Positions 25,151 to 39,466 of a stretch of DNA of 64,000 bases are shown here, one piece after another. Both the position numbers and the translations under genes were made by a program. Source of the stretch: Octopus vulgaris (Eukaryota); assembly GCA_951406725.2 (NCBI GenBank), contig OX597815.1, positions 44,950,001 through 45,014,000 of the forward strand, written 5' to 3'. Below the pieces are notes generated by a model. It worked only from the letters and a program-made list of their open reading frames with translations. It ran no database searches and had not been told where the DNA came from. The stretch's first letter is position 1, and every line of letters begins with the position of its first letter.

Positions 25151-25384
25151 GTTTTAGTATGAGTGAGGAAGAGACGCTGATTGGAACTTTTTAATACGAA
25201 TAAAATACAAGAGAAATGATCGTTAATGTTTTATTATTTCTCTGTTTACAACGAATCAATGCAACACACACACACACGTCAATTTAGAAATTTGACAATC
25301 GTCTGGGTTGGATGTCGTCTGTTACTGTAGATTTCCTACATCAAAATGGACCTGGAGCTAAGCAATGACGATAAAAATATTTCA

Positions 25385-25504
25385 AACACTAATTTTATCA
25401 TACTGAAAAGATCGGTTCTCGTCTGATCACCGAAGTTAAGCAACGCCGAGTCTAATTAGTACTTAGATGAGTGATTGCTTCGGGAACCTACATGCTGTAT
25501 TTAG
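25385..25504 (+). pseudogene. 5S rRNA-derived pseudogene (U4)
   Basis: Near-identical to 6992-7111. Confidence 0.85.
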
Positions 25505-25953
25505 TTTCAGATGCTGGCGTGGCTGTATGTTGTAAGAAGTTTGCTTCCGAACCATAAAGTTCCGGATTCAAACCCACTGCGTGACATCTTGGGCAAGCGT
25601 CTTCGCCAAAAGCGGTTCAGCAAAAGCGACGATGAAGACGACGATGAATAGACATTATTTGTGCGGCACATCTCCTCTGCTAGTCTTTTAATCGACCTGC
25701 AGTTCACCGGGTTTGAGAAAATGCTTACCTTTAAGAAAAAAATACGGTTATATTTTCTTGTTTGCATTACTTTTGCAATATTTACACGTTACAAGATGAC
25801 CGACCAAACCCTTTGGTAAACGGAAACTGAAAGACACATGTCGTAGCAGTGCTCCAGCATGGCTTCAGTGAAATGACTGAAACAAGTTAAATAATAAAAG
25901 AATGTGTATGTGTGTGCGTGTGCGTGTGCGAGTACGAGTGCGTGTGCGAGTGT

Positions 25954-26018
<65 letters not shown>

Positions 26019-26482
26019 TTTGTCTCTGTGCTTGTCCCCGACCACCGCTTGACAACTGGTATTATGTTTACGTTCTTGTAACTTCGCTTTTCGTCAAAAG
26101 ACCTCAATAGAATAAGTAGTTTACAAAAAATGAGTACTGGGGTCGATTCATTCGACTAAAACATTCTTCTAAGCGGTGCCCCAGCATGGCCACATTATAA
26201 TGACTGAAACAAGATAAAAGATATTTTCGTGCTCGGTGTCACTAGTACTCGATGTCGATGATGAGTGAGAAGCCGATCAAGAAGCCATGGCGTCTCCTCT
26301 TTCAGCGTGGAACCGGCTGAAGACTAACAGCACCACTCTGTCTTCCTTTGCTGGTGAGATGAAAATAGAGATTAGAGATAGGAGATTAGCGAATGGTGGG
26401 AAATCACTAAGAAAAGCTGCAAAACATTAATGAAACAAGATAAAAATCAAATAAAATAGACATATAAATATATGTGTGTGTG

Positions 26483-26513
<31 letters not shown>

Positions 26514-27139
26514 CTAAATGAGGGGAGTGGAATGGGTAAAATCTAGACTACATATGTTTCTTAGCGAGCCGATCCTCTAATGTAATAATTACTCAACGAC
26601 AGACTCTCTGCTTAGCTAATCATCAGGCCGAGAATACCTTAATTACATAAACGTTACATTGTCGCTTGGAATGTCAAAGTTAACTCACCGCAGATGTGCA
26701 CTGAAATGAGTAGTGAAACTTGAAGAATAGAATAATAAAAAAACAAATACTTGAAGAAATAAAACGGCCAAAAAGGATGGGGTCAAATATGTGGGAGTAG
26801 AAGTCATATAAAAAGAAAGAACAGGAAAAATAAATGAAAGAAAGCTGTAGACGTTACTCCCTACGGAGATCCGCAACTACGCGGTTTTTCGAAAGGGTTT
26901 CAATGTCCGATGTAATGTTGAGACTGGGACACAACGAACTAATTAATATGCTGACTGAAGTAGATATGATATAGATAAGTACCAAGCGCTCCTAGACAAT
27001 AATTTGATCAATTTTGGTAAAGACCGCAGTTAGCAGTCGATCAACTATCGAAAATTTAAGGGTTTTCTTGGGTCCGTTTAAGCCAAAAATTGTCTGGGAG
27101 CAGCAATGAAGAGTCCAGATTGAGAAAGAAACGCAGCTC

Positions 27140-27190
<51 letters not shown>

Positions 27191-27192
27191 TA

Positions 27193-27229
<37 letters not shown>

Positions 27230-27434
27230 CACCATCATTATATATTTAACTAATTTCCTCTATGTTATCACAACTTTCAATAAGTTTTCTAATCGTGTAA
27301 TAAATACCTCACGGCATGGACACATCTCTCGCCCTCTTTTCTTTCTCCATCATTTTCTCTAATCACGTGAAAGCGTTTCCGACAGGCCAAGTAACGTGTA
27401 TGTATGTGTGCATGAATGTACGATATACACGCAC

Positions 27435-27519
<85 letters not shown>

Positions 27520-27819
27520 CATAGATACCTATACACAAGAATACATACAAGTTCAGGTTTATACCTGTAATTATTGAGGTTCTGGGATATGTAATGCACT
27601 GCCTAAATACCAATCTTGAGAAATTAGGCTTCCCAAAACCAGAAAGGAAACGGCTAATTCGAAGGCTACATATCAAATCTATCACTGGAACTATAAGGAT
27701 TTGTAAAACATTCCAGAAGTTAATCGTTTAAAATATATATGTGCATGTCTAGATACACAACTATATGCATGAGAATACATACATAAGACATACAAATCTG
27801 CACATACATGCATACATAC

Positions 27820-27850
<31 letters not shown>

Positions 27851-27927
27851 AATACATACATACATACATACATACATACATACATACATACATACATACA
27901 TACATACATACATACATACATACACAG

Positions 27928-28016
<89 letters not shown>

Positions 28017-28153
28017 CAAAAATACACTGTTGTTGATGTTGAAACCCCAATGAAGGAACTTTGGATTTAGGTTAGAAATCGGTTCTTTCTCTATTGGCAA
28101 GAAATCTTGAAATAAACTGAATAATGACATACATACATACATACATACATACA

Positions 28154-28185
<32 letters not shown>

Positions 28186-28771
28186 CACACACACTCATAT
28201 ATACATCTTCACACCTCCTGTTTTGTATTGAACGTATGGGCCGTTGTAGCAAAGAATTATAGTTGTTGTTGAATGGATATGTTAATTTCAGAATATATAA
28301 AAGTGAACAAAGAATAGCAGCAAAACAGTTGGTTCGATGACAGGTTTCAAATCTCAGCTGAATATGTTGCTCATTCTTCAGATATTTAATACCATTTTAA
28401 TGGTTTCGGTATTTGATACAAAAGAGATGTTCCTTTTTTTTCCTCAATCGGTTCTACACTTCGAATCTCGCTGGTATTATTGAATTTCTATTGCTGCAGA
28501 GTTTATTAAACAAATACCAGTAACATCATTGGCATTATTCTATGAACCGAGTAATGAAAGAGAAATAAAAGCAAGGCATAATTGTTACGTCATCACAATT
28601 ACATGATTTTTTAAACACAAATTGAAAGAATGGAAGATTTTAAAACAAATATTATTGCGTTCTATTATACCTTTAGTCGAGAACTTTTGAGATATTCCAT
28701 AAATGACGTATGTTTAACCCCGCCCACTTTTGGTATTTTGGGCTATAAAAGGCCAGCGATTTCTCATTTCT

Positions 28772-30135
28772 ATCGAGGCACCAACACCGATCTAATCTGA
28801 CATGATCTCAACTGATCTCGATCGGGGAAGTTATAATCAGGTCAGGTGACATCAGGTCAACATACATGGTTACTGGTAAGTATACCAGGCGAGTACAAAA
28901 CGAAGCTTTGTTTTGTTGACTTGCCAAGTCAGCATTAAAGTCTGCTTAGATGAGCATAAAATTATGTAAACTTGCTTGTTTACGTGCCCGTAACTTAGCG
29001 GTTCGGCAACAATACCGATAAAGTACCAGGCCCAGCAGATCACTTTTAATTTCCTCGATGATTAATTTGTATCACTTGCATTCTATAGGAGCTCTGGGGT
29101 TCGATGAGAACCAACTTACCAACCTAGTCTGAAGGGAATAACACCTCGGTATTCTAGGACGAAGAAATCATGTAATTGTGATGTAATTGTGATGACGTAA
29201 CAATGCTTCGTGACAGGGTCCTCTTTCCCAGCCCTATCTAGCTCAGAGCCGGATATATAGAACCCTGTCACGAAGCATTCCATTCTTCGTCCTAGAATAC
29301 CGAGGTGTTATTCCCTTCAGACCAGGTTGGTAAGTTGGTTCTCATCGAACGCAGCCACCCTTACCCGTCTTGTGGATTAACCAGAGTCTCTATAGAATAC
29401 CGAGGTGTTATTTGTCAAGAGTGCCTAACGGCACTCCTTCTGCCATTCAGATTACATCTAATGAGACCGGGTTTAAATCTTTCCAGCGAGGCCGGTTGCA
29501 GCAAGAACTCCTCCGCCAGCAGACTCCTTAACACCCTCCTGGTGGCACCAGAGATATCTCAGTCTCCCCAGACAACTCTTTAGCGGTTCCTGGCAGCACA
29601 CGGAGCGCTTCACATGTGATTTTCCCCCTCTCCACAAAAAGCGAAATAAGGAGTCGTTCCAGCTTGTTTAGCCCGATTCCTTCGACTAAAAATTGAAAGC
29701 GGTGCTCCTAACTTAGCGGCAAAAGGACCAATAAAACATAAGTACCAGCGTTTCAAAAAAGCGCCCGATTCCTTCGACTAAAAATTGAAAGCGGTGCTCC
29801 TAACATAGCGGTTCGGCAAAAGGACCAATAAAACAATGATTAGGTCGGTTTTATGAACCCTTGAGTCTTTAAACACCCTCTGCAACATGCTGGTTGGTGT
29901 CATAACATAGTTGCAAGGTGTACGGGGAGTGTCACGTGACCGTATAGACTCTTAACCAGGCTCTTCCAGTGCAGGAAACCTGGGGGTTCCAACCAGAAAT
30001 CGCAATAATGTTTTAACTTCTACGTCTTGCCCTTTATTTTACAGGTAAAGGGCATATAGTTGATTCAAGAATTCACTGCACTTACAATTAAACTTGATAT
30101 AAAACTTGGCAAATAAAATATTTTAATGGTTTCGT
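28772..30135 (+). ncRNA. Predicted two-exon ncRNA gene, U5 copy
   Basis: TATA 28744, donor 28876, acceptor 30044, AATAAA 30112. Confidence 0.55.
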
Positions 30136-32482
30136 TTGTTTTAGTATGAGTGAGGAAGAGAGGCTGATTGGAACGTTTTAATACGAATAAAATACAAGAG
30201 AAATTTTTCGTTTATATTTGTGTTAATAGTATTGTTTCAGTGAGGAGCAGTGAGGTGTATTGTTTCAGTGGTGGGAAGAGAACAAAGTGGATAAAATTCC
30301 CTTGACTCTACAATCATGGACTTACCGCCCTTTATAAGCGGTGTCGTATTTGCAGGTTATGGTACTGGAATGACTTCTTCCCGGTATGTTTTCTCACGCC
30401 TTCCGTGATCAATAAAACCCTTCCGTGATCAATAAAAATGAATCAAGTGCCTTATATTAGCGGAATACTTTTCTCGGTATTTGATCGGATTATCTACATT
30501 CAATTCAAACCTCTCTTGGAACCAACTTTACTATTCTTCATTTTTTCTTGATCGATATAAAAAATGAAGCCAGAACGGTCGATTGGCAGAACCATATGTG
30601 GGCGTTGTGATAGTTATAGCAATGCAGGTGTTAAAGCACCTGAATGTAAGTCAATTTGCGGCCACCATTGTGACTTCCAGTTTCGTGCATAAATAGTGTA
30701 AGCCTCCCTTGGTCGATGTTATCATGCATCTACACTTCCACGTACCAAATTTATCGGCCTATAATAATCTTGCATGCATGGGAGGGTAGTCTTCTTCAAA
30801 ACGTCAGGACCAGGTACGCACGTAGAATAGATACATGAACGTCGGCCAAGGTGGGGCTACGCACTCTATGCACGGAAGTAGAGATCACAATGGTGCCCGC
30901 CTTTTGATTTACATTCAGAGGTAAAAACCGATATCAAATTAAGACGTTACTATTGCTACACTTACTGCTGCTACACATCCTGAGAGACACTCGGTTGAAT
31001 AGCTCTCCATCACTAACAGGCACACTCCAGCCCCAGGCCCGCACGAGACCTCTGAAACATTACTGACGATGCATCCCAGAGCATCTCCAAGTATTAGTAG
31101 TTGTAAATAGTAAGTAGTAGTTAGGGTTAGGGTTTGATTTTGAAATTAAGGGAAAAAATGCATAGAAAAGATACATATACATACATACGCTTACATACAC
31201 GCACACACGTACACACATGCTCACATATATTAATAAATAAAATAAAATTTTAATTAGGACACCAAGTCAGGGTCAAGATTAGATCATCATGCATATATCC
31301 ATGCACATACAGACGTATTTTGAAATTTGCATAAACATGTACATGAACAAATCAAGATATACATCCATATAAATATCCATGTATATGAAATTATGCATGC
31401 TGGCATGATGTTTCCCGATCCACTGATTTCCTGACCCAACGTAGGGAAGTTTCTAGGTGTAGTGTTTACATAAAGAAAGAATACAAGTGTGTTAAGCTTC
31501 ACTACAGCTGTTTCAGACATGTTTTTAAAGATAATGATTTTCATTTGATTATAAACATATTTTGCTAGTAAGAATGTTTCGTAATTCTTTGACTATGAGT
31601 GAGAGAATTGTGTGTGTGTGTGTGCGCGCGCGTATGTGCGGTTATGTGTGTGCGCAAATGTGTGTGATTTTGTGTGTGTGCATTTTCGTGTGTACGCGTG
31701 AGTCTGTGTGCTTGTGTGTATAGGTGGAATGATTTAAGATAACCGTCTACATAGATAACTAGCTAGCTGAATACATAAAACAAAAAGATCGATTAGATTA
31801 GATTAGATTAGATTAGATTGGGTGGATGGATGGATGGATGGATGGATGGATGGATGGATGGACGGATGGATGAATGGATGGATGGATGGATGGATGGATG
31901 GATGGATGGATGGATGGAAGATGGATGGATGGTTGGATGGACGGATGGATGAATGGATAGATGGATGGAAGGTGGATGGATGGATGGATGGACGGACGGA
32001 CGGATGGATCCCTGGATGGGTGGATGGATAGGTACATAGATGGATGGGATAGCGATCGAGATAAGAGATGGATGGATGGATGGATGGATGGATGGATGAA
32101 TGGATGATCGATGAAATGATGGATCGATGGATGGATCGTTGGATGGAAGGATGGATGGATGGGTAGGTAGATGAATGGATGGATGGATGGAGATTGGTAG
32201 AGATAAGGATAGCGATAGAGACAAGAGATGGATCGATGGATGGATGGATGGATGGAAGGCTGGATGGATGGATGGATGGAAGGCTGGATGGATGGATGGA
32301 TGGATGGATAGATGGATGGAGATACTGATAAGGATTGTTAAAGAAATAGTGATTGATAGAGATAGATATAGATAGATAAATAGATAGAGATCTAGAGAGA
32401 GAGAGAAATGTATGTTTGTTTGTATTACACGTGTGCACCTCTTTATCAGTCTACATGTTCCTAAAAAAGAAACATTGTATAA

Positions 32483-32526
<44 letters not shown>

Positions 32527-32708
32527 GTATATAAGTGCTCTTATTATTGTCAATGTTGGAGAGGTTTATCGCATTAATTATAAATTCAGTTATATTTTTA
32601 TTTGAATTATTCTTATTTATTTCTTATTTGATTTTATTTATTTTCGTTTGGGAAACATTCCATGATTGTTAATGTTTTATTATTTCTCTGTTTACAAGGA
32701 ATCAATGC

Positions 32709-32791
<83 letters not shown>

Positions 32792-32930
32792 CAATTTAGA
32801 AATTTGACAATCGTCTGGGTAATCACATACACCTTGTAGTATGTGATGGTGAAATGGATGTCGTCTGTTACTGTAGATTTCCTACATCAAAATGGACCTG
32901 GAGCTAAGCAAGAACAATAAAAATATTTCA

Positions 32931-32989
32931 AACACTACCTTTATCATACTGAAAAGATCGGTTCTCGTCTGATCACCGAAGTTAAGCAA
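32931..32989 (+). pseudogene. 5' half of the 5S pseudogene (U5), truncated by deletion
   Basis: GTTAAGCAA joins directly to AAGCGGTTCAGC via GCAA microhomology. Confidence 0.75.
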
Positions 32990-33792
32990 AAGCGGTTCAG
33001 CAAAAGCGACGATGAAGACGACGATGAATAGACATTATTTGTGCGGCACATCTCCTCTGCTAGTCTTTTAATCGACCTGCAGTTTACCAGGTTTGAGAAA
33101 AATGCTTACCTTTAAAAAAGAAAATATGGTTATATTTTCTTGTTTGCATTACTTTTGCAATATTTACACGTTACAAGATGACCGACCAATCCCTTGTTAG
33201 TGGATTTGGTAAACGGAAACTGAAAGACACATGTCGTAGCAGTGCTCCAGCATGGCTTCAGTCAAATGACTGAAACAAGTTAAAGAATAAAAGGCAGATT
33301 TTATCTGCCTCCCTTTGGGAGTTATACAAATCTACAATATAGGATTTCTTCAATTACAATTTACCTTGCATTTTTAAGAGTACAATGCATCGCGTCATGC
33401 CAGGTCCAGTTTTTAAAATTTAAACTCCAGTTAAGCAAAATTTACAGAAAACTCACATTCTGGTGTGTGTGTCAAATGCTTTTCTTAGTCTGGTTTACAG
33501 CACACGCAAACGCACACACACAGTGGGCAACGAATAAAATGAAAGTAATTGACTTACTGTAGTGAGTGATTCTTTCACTCTGCCTCCCACTTCCTCTTTC
33601 CACACAGACACGCAAATATATAAATAAAATTGTAAGCTAACGTGCGTGTGTGTGAGTGGGTGTGTGTGGGTGTGCGCGTGTGTGTGTGTGTGTGAGGGTG
33701 CGTGTGTGTGTGTGTGTGTGTGTGCGTGTGCGTGAGTGTGTGACAGGAAAGTTTTTTACGAGGAATATAACACCTATATCCAAGTAGCAGAA

Positions 33793-34165
33793 AGATAAGA
33801 TAGTAAGGTGTGATTTGAGGGAGATTTGGCTGCTATTTCTACCATGTCTAGCTGCCTTGTAGGGGTCTCCCTCATAGGCTCATACATACATATATACATA
33901 GATAAGACAGTAAGGTGTTATTTGGGGGAAATGTGGCTGCTATTTCTACCAGGTCTAGCTGCCATGTAGGGTCTCCCTCATAGGCTCATACATACATATA
34001 TACATAGATAAGACAGTAAGGTGTGATTTGGGGGAAATTTGGCTGCTATTTCTACCAGGTCTAGCTACCATGTAGGGGTCCCCCTCATTGGCTCATATAT
34101 ATATACATACACAAGACAGTAAGGTGTGATTTGAGGGAGATTTGGCTGCTGTTTCTACCAGGTCT
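33793..34165. repeat. ~115-bp minisatellite, ~3.4 copies
   Basis: AAGACAGTAAGGTGTGATTTG...GGCTGCTATTTCTACCAGGTCTAGCT...CATAGGCTCATAC repeated. Confidence 0.9.
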
Positions 34166-34522
34166 GTTAGGCCTTCTCATGTAAACTCAAGCTTTCTCAT
34201 GCCTTGACCAAAGCAGAGAATGTATTCTTTTATTCTTCTGCTTTTTCCAGCCATTGGTCTGTGGCAGTGCTGGGGCAATGCCTTGAAGAATTGTAGTTTA
34301 ATGAATCAACTCCAGTTTTATTTTTGTAAGCATTGTACTTAGTCTATCTGTTTCCTTTCTCAAACCACTAGGTGACAGGGATGTAAACAAACCAACATTC
34401 GTTGTCAAGCAGTGGTGGAGGACAATCACAAGCACAGACACGCACACACACACACATACATGCATACACATATACACACATACATACATACATACATATA
34501 TATATGTGTGTGTATATATATA

Positions 34523-34781
34523 TTGCAGCGTGGAAGGTGTTTGTAAGCCATTTAAGAAACACACAAAAACCGTTACATTCACTTCAACATTTAAATTTAA
34601 TTTGCCAAAATATTTTCGTCGCTTTGAGACCGCGACCTGTTCACTAACAAAAATATCGTGCTAACAGGTCGCGGTCTCAAAGCGATGAAAATATTTTGAC
34701 AAATTAAATTTAAATGTTGAAGTGAATCTAACGGTTTTTGTGTGTTTCTTAAATGGCTTATAAACACCTTCAACGCTGCAA
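34523..34781. mobile_element. Penelope-type palindromic element with decayed hammerhead geometry
   Basis: Inverted arms of ~120 bp. One arm reads GTGAACAG-GTCGC..GCGAC-GAAA-ATAT-TT on the minus strand. Confidence 0.6.
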
Positions 34782-35340
34782 CTGTTTTCGTTCCAGCACA
34801 CGATCTCAGATCAAGTCACTTGCTATGCAAGTACATCTCTGTAACTATATATATATTTATATATATATATATATATGTATATTGGTAAAAACAGTAAGAT
34901 AACAAAAGAAAGAAAGAGACCTCAATATGATGTAAATAGAGGAAATCTTTATATATAAAAGTGAGGTTGTGTGTCTGTCTCCTACGATTTAGATTCCTAA
35001 CTACTCCCACATTTTGCGGTGCAGTTTAACCAAAAATCGGGTATCTTATAGTCGTGATTCATATCGAGACCGTCTGGGTATTAGCGCGCGTCAACGATGA
35101 GTCTACGATTTAAAAAAAAATTTACCATCAATTTTTCCCATTTTTAATCCATTTTTTACATATATAAGGGAAGTAACTCTCTAAAATTTATTATTAAATC
35201 TCAGAACGTAAAAAGCTACAGTAACACCCCTCCCCTTTGTGGTTAGCCATATTGAGATGGCTATTATACTTTACATCTCTAAAAATGCTTATATAATTAT
35301 TTCCCTTACAAACCCGAGCAACGCCGGGCGATACTGCTAG

Positions 35341-35387
<47 letters not shown>

Positions 35388-36013
35388 TAGAGGAGTGGAA
35401 CGGGTAAAATCTAGACTACATATGTTTCTTAGCGAGTCGATCCTCTAATGTAACAATTACTCAACGAGAGACACTCTGCTTAGCTAATCATCAGGCCGAG
35501 AATACCTTAATTACATAAACGTTACATTGTCGCTTGGAATGTCAAAGTTAACTCACCGCAGATGTGCGCTGAAATGAGTAGTGAAACTTGAAGAATAGAA
35601 TAATAAAAAAAAAAAATACTTGAAGAAATAAAACGGCCAAAAAGGATGGGGTCAAATATGTGGGAGTAGAAGTCGTATAAAAAAGAAAGAACAGGAAAAA
35701 AATAAATGAAAGAAAGCAGTAGGCGTTACTCCCTACGGAGATCCGCAACTACGCGGTTTTTCGAAAGGGATTCAATGTCCGATGTAATGTTGAGACTGGG
35801 ACACAACGAACTAATTAATATGCTGACTGAAGTAGATATGATATAGATAAGTACCAAGCGCTCCTAGACAATAATTTGATAAATTTTGGTAAAGACCGCA
35901 GTTAGCAGTCGATCAACTATCGAAAATTTAAGGGTCTTCTTGGGTGCGTTTAAGCCAAAAATTGTCTGGGATCAGCAATGAAGAGTCCAGATTGAGAAAG
36001 AAACGCAGCTCAC

Positions 36014-36119
<106 letters not shown>

Positions 36120-36324
36120 CACCATCATTATATATTTAACTATTTTCCTCTATGTTATCACAACTTTCAATAAGTTTTCTAATCGTGTAATAAATACCTC
36201 ACGCCATGGACACATCTCTCACCCTCTTTTCTTTCTCCATCATTTTCTCTAATCACGTGAAAACGTTTCCAACAGGCCAAGTAACGTGTATGTATGTGTG
36301 CATGAATGTACGATATACACACAC

Positions 36325-36403
<79 letters not shown>

Positions 36404-36703
36404 CATAGATACATATACACAAGAATACATACAAGTTCAGGTTTATACCTGTAATTATTGAGGTTCTGGGATATGTAATGCACTGCCTAAATACCAATCT
36501 TGAGAAATTAGGCTTCCCGAAACCAGAAAGGAAACGGCTAATTCGAAGGCTACAGATCAAATCTATCACTGGAACTATAAAGATTTGTAAAACATTCCAG
36601 AAGTTAATCGTTTAAAATATATATGTGCATGTCTAGATACACAACTATATGCATGAGAATACATACATAAGACATACAAATCTGCACATACATGCATACA
36701 TAC

Positions 36704-36734
<31 letters not shown>

Positions 36735-36839
36735 CATACATACGTACATACATAAATACATACATACATACGTACGTACATACATACATACATACATACA
36801 TACATACATACATACACAAACACACACACACACACACAC

Positions 36840-36946
<107 letters not shown>

Positions 36947-37827
36947 CAAAAATACACTGTTGTTGATGTTGAAACCCCAATGAAGGAACCTTGGATTTAG
37001 GTTAGAAACCGGTTCTTTCTCTATTGGCAAGAAATCTTGAAATAAACTGAATAATGGCATACATACATACATACATGCATACATACATACATACATACAT
37101 ACATATACACACACACTCATATATACATCTTCACACGTCCTGTTTTGTATTGAATGTATGGGCCGTTGTAGCAAAGAATTATAGTTGTTGTTGATTGGAT
37201 ATGTTAATTTCAGAATATATAAAAGTGAACAAAGAATAGCAGCAAAATAGTTGGTTCGATGACAGGTTTCAAATCTCAGCTGAATGTGTTGCTCATTCTT
37301 CAGATATTTAATACCATTTTAATGGTTTCGGTATTTGATACAAAAGAGATGTTCCTTTTTTTTTTCCTCAATCGGTTCTACACTTCGAATCTCGCTGGTA
37401 TTATTGAATTTCTATTGCTGCAGAGTTTATTAAACAAATACCAGTAACATCATTGGCATTATTCTATGAAACGAGTAATGAAAGAGAAATAAAAGCAAGG
37501 CATAATCCGCAGTAAAAAAAAATAGAACTTTGGAATTTTTTCAATTTTTCAAATACACTTGAAAGACAAATATGAATGCTATAAATCGTAATTTCAAAAC
37601 TCCGACATTTTGAGGATGCAAAAAGGAAAGTATTCTATTGTTACGTCATCACAATTACATGATTTTTTAAACACAAATTGAAAGAATGGAAGATTTTAAA
37701 ACAAATATTATTGCGTTCTATTATACCTTTAGTCGAGAACTTTTGAGATATTCCATAAATGACGTATGTTTAAACCCGCCCACTTATGGTATTTTGCGCT
37801 ATAAAAGGCCAGCGATTTCTCATTTCT

Positions 37828-39466
37828 ATCGAGGCACCAACACCGATCTAATCTGACATGATCTCAACTGATCTCGATCGGGGAAATTATAATCAGGTCA
37901 GTTGACATCAGGTCAACACATACTTGGTTACTGGTAAGTATACCAGGCGAGTACAAAACGAAGCTTTGTTTTGTTGACTTGCCAAGTCAGCATTAAAGTC
38001 TGCTTAGATGAGCATAAAATTATGTAAACTTGCTTGTTTACGTGCCCGTAACTTAGCGGTTCGGCAAAAATACCGATAAAGTACCAGGCCCAGCAGATCA
38101 CTTTTAATTTCCTCGATGATTAATTTGTATCACTTGCATTCTATAGGAGCTCTGGGGTTCGATGAGAACCAACTTACCAACCTAGTCTGAAGGGGAATAA
38201 CACCTCGGTATTCTAGGACGAAGAAATCATGTAATTGTGATGTAATTGTGATGACGTAACAATGCTTCGTGACAGGGTCCTCTTTCTCAGCCCTATCTAG
38301 CACAGAGCCGGATATATAGAACCCTGTCACGAAGCATTCCATTCTTCGTCCTAGAATACCGAGGTGTTATTCCCTTCAGACCAGGTTGGTAAGTTGGTTC
38401 TCATCGAACGCAGCCACCCTTACCCGTCTTGTGGATTAGCCAGAGTCTCTATAGAATACCGAGGTGTTATTTGTCAAGAGAGCCTAACGGCACTCCTTCT
38501 GCCATTCAGATTACATCTAATCAGACCGGGTTTAAATCTTTCCAGCGAGGCCGGTTGCAGCAAGAACTCCTCCGCCAGCAGACTCCTTAACACTCTCCAG
38601 GTGGCACCAGAGATATCTCAGTCGCCCCAGACAACTCTTTAGCGGTTCCTGGCAGCACACGGAGCGCTTCACAAGTGATTTTCCCCCTCTCCACAAAAAG
38701 CGAAATAAGGAGTCGTTCCAGCTTGTTTAGCCCGATTCCTTCGACTAAAAATTGAAAGCGGTGCTCCTAACTTAACGGTTCGGCAAAAGGACCAATAAAA
38801 CATAAGTACAAGCGTTTCAAAAAAGCGCCCGATTCCTTCGACTAAAAATTGAAAGCGGAGCTCCTAAATTAGCGGTTCGGCAAAAGGACACCGATTCCTT
38901 CGACTAAAAATTGAAAGCGGTGCTCCTAACTTAGCGGTTCGTCAGCGCTTCGGCAAAAGGACCAATAAAACATAAGTACCAGCGTTTCAAAAAAGCGCCC
39001 GATTCCTTCGACTAAAAATTGAAAGCGGTGCTCCTAACTTAGCGCTTCGGCAAAAGGACCAATAAAACATAAGTACCAGCGTTTCAAAAAAGCGCCCGAT
39101 TCCTTCGACTAAAAATTGAAAGCGGTGCTCCTAACTTAGCGCTTCGGCAAAAGGACCAATAAAACAATGATTAGGTCGGTTTTATGAACCCTTGAGTCTT
39201 TAAACACCCTCTGCAACATGCTGGTTGGTGTCATAACATAGTTGCAAGGTGTACGGGGAGTGTCACGTGACCGTATAGACTCTTAACCAGGCTCTTCTAG
39301 TGCAGGAAACCTGGGGGTTCCAACCAGAAATCGCAGTAATGTTTTAACTTCTACGTCTTGCCCTTTATTTTACAGGTAAAGGGCATATAGTTGATTCAAG
39401 AATTCACAGCACTTACAATTAAACTTGATATAAAACTTGGCAAATAAAATATTTTAATGGTTTCGT
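37828..39466 (+). ncRNA. Predicted two-exon ncRNA gene, U6 copy
   Basis: TATA 37800, donor 37934, acceptor 39375, AATAAA 39443. Confidence 0.55.

Larger units (their letters stand above)
33287..35340 (+). mobile_element. Second compound Helitron (same 5' and 3' modules as 9650-11530, different cargo); inner element 34946-35340
   Basis: ATAAAAGGCAGATTTTATCTGCC... matches 9659 onward for ~260 bp; ends CCCGAGCAACGCCGGGCGATACTGCTAG|T. Confidence 0.75.

Noticed and set aside
31121-31135. Telomeric TTAGGG repeats (also ~40439)
   Set aside because: Only two copies, degenerate in the other units.
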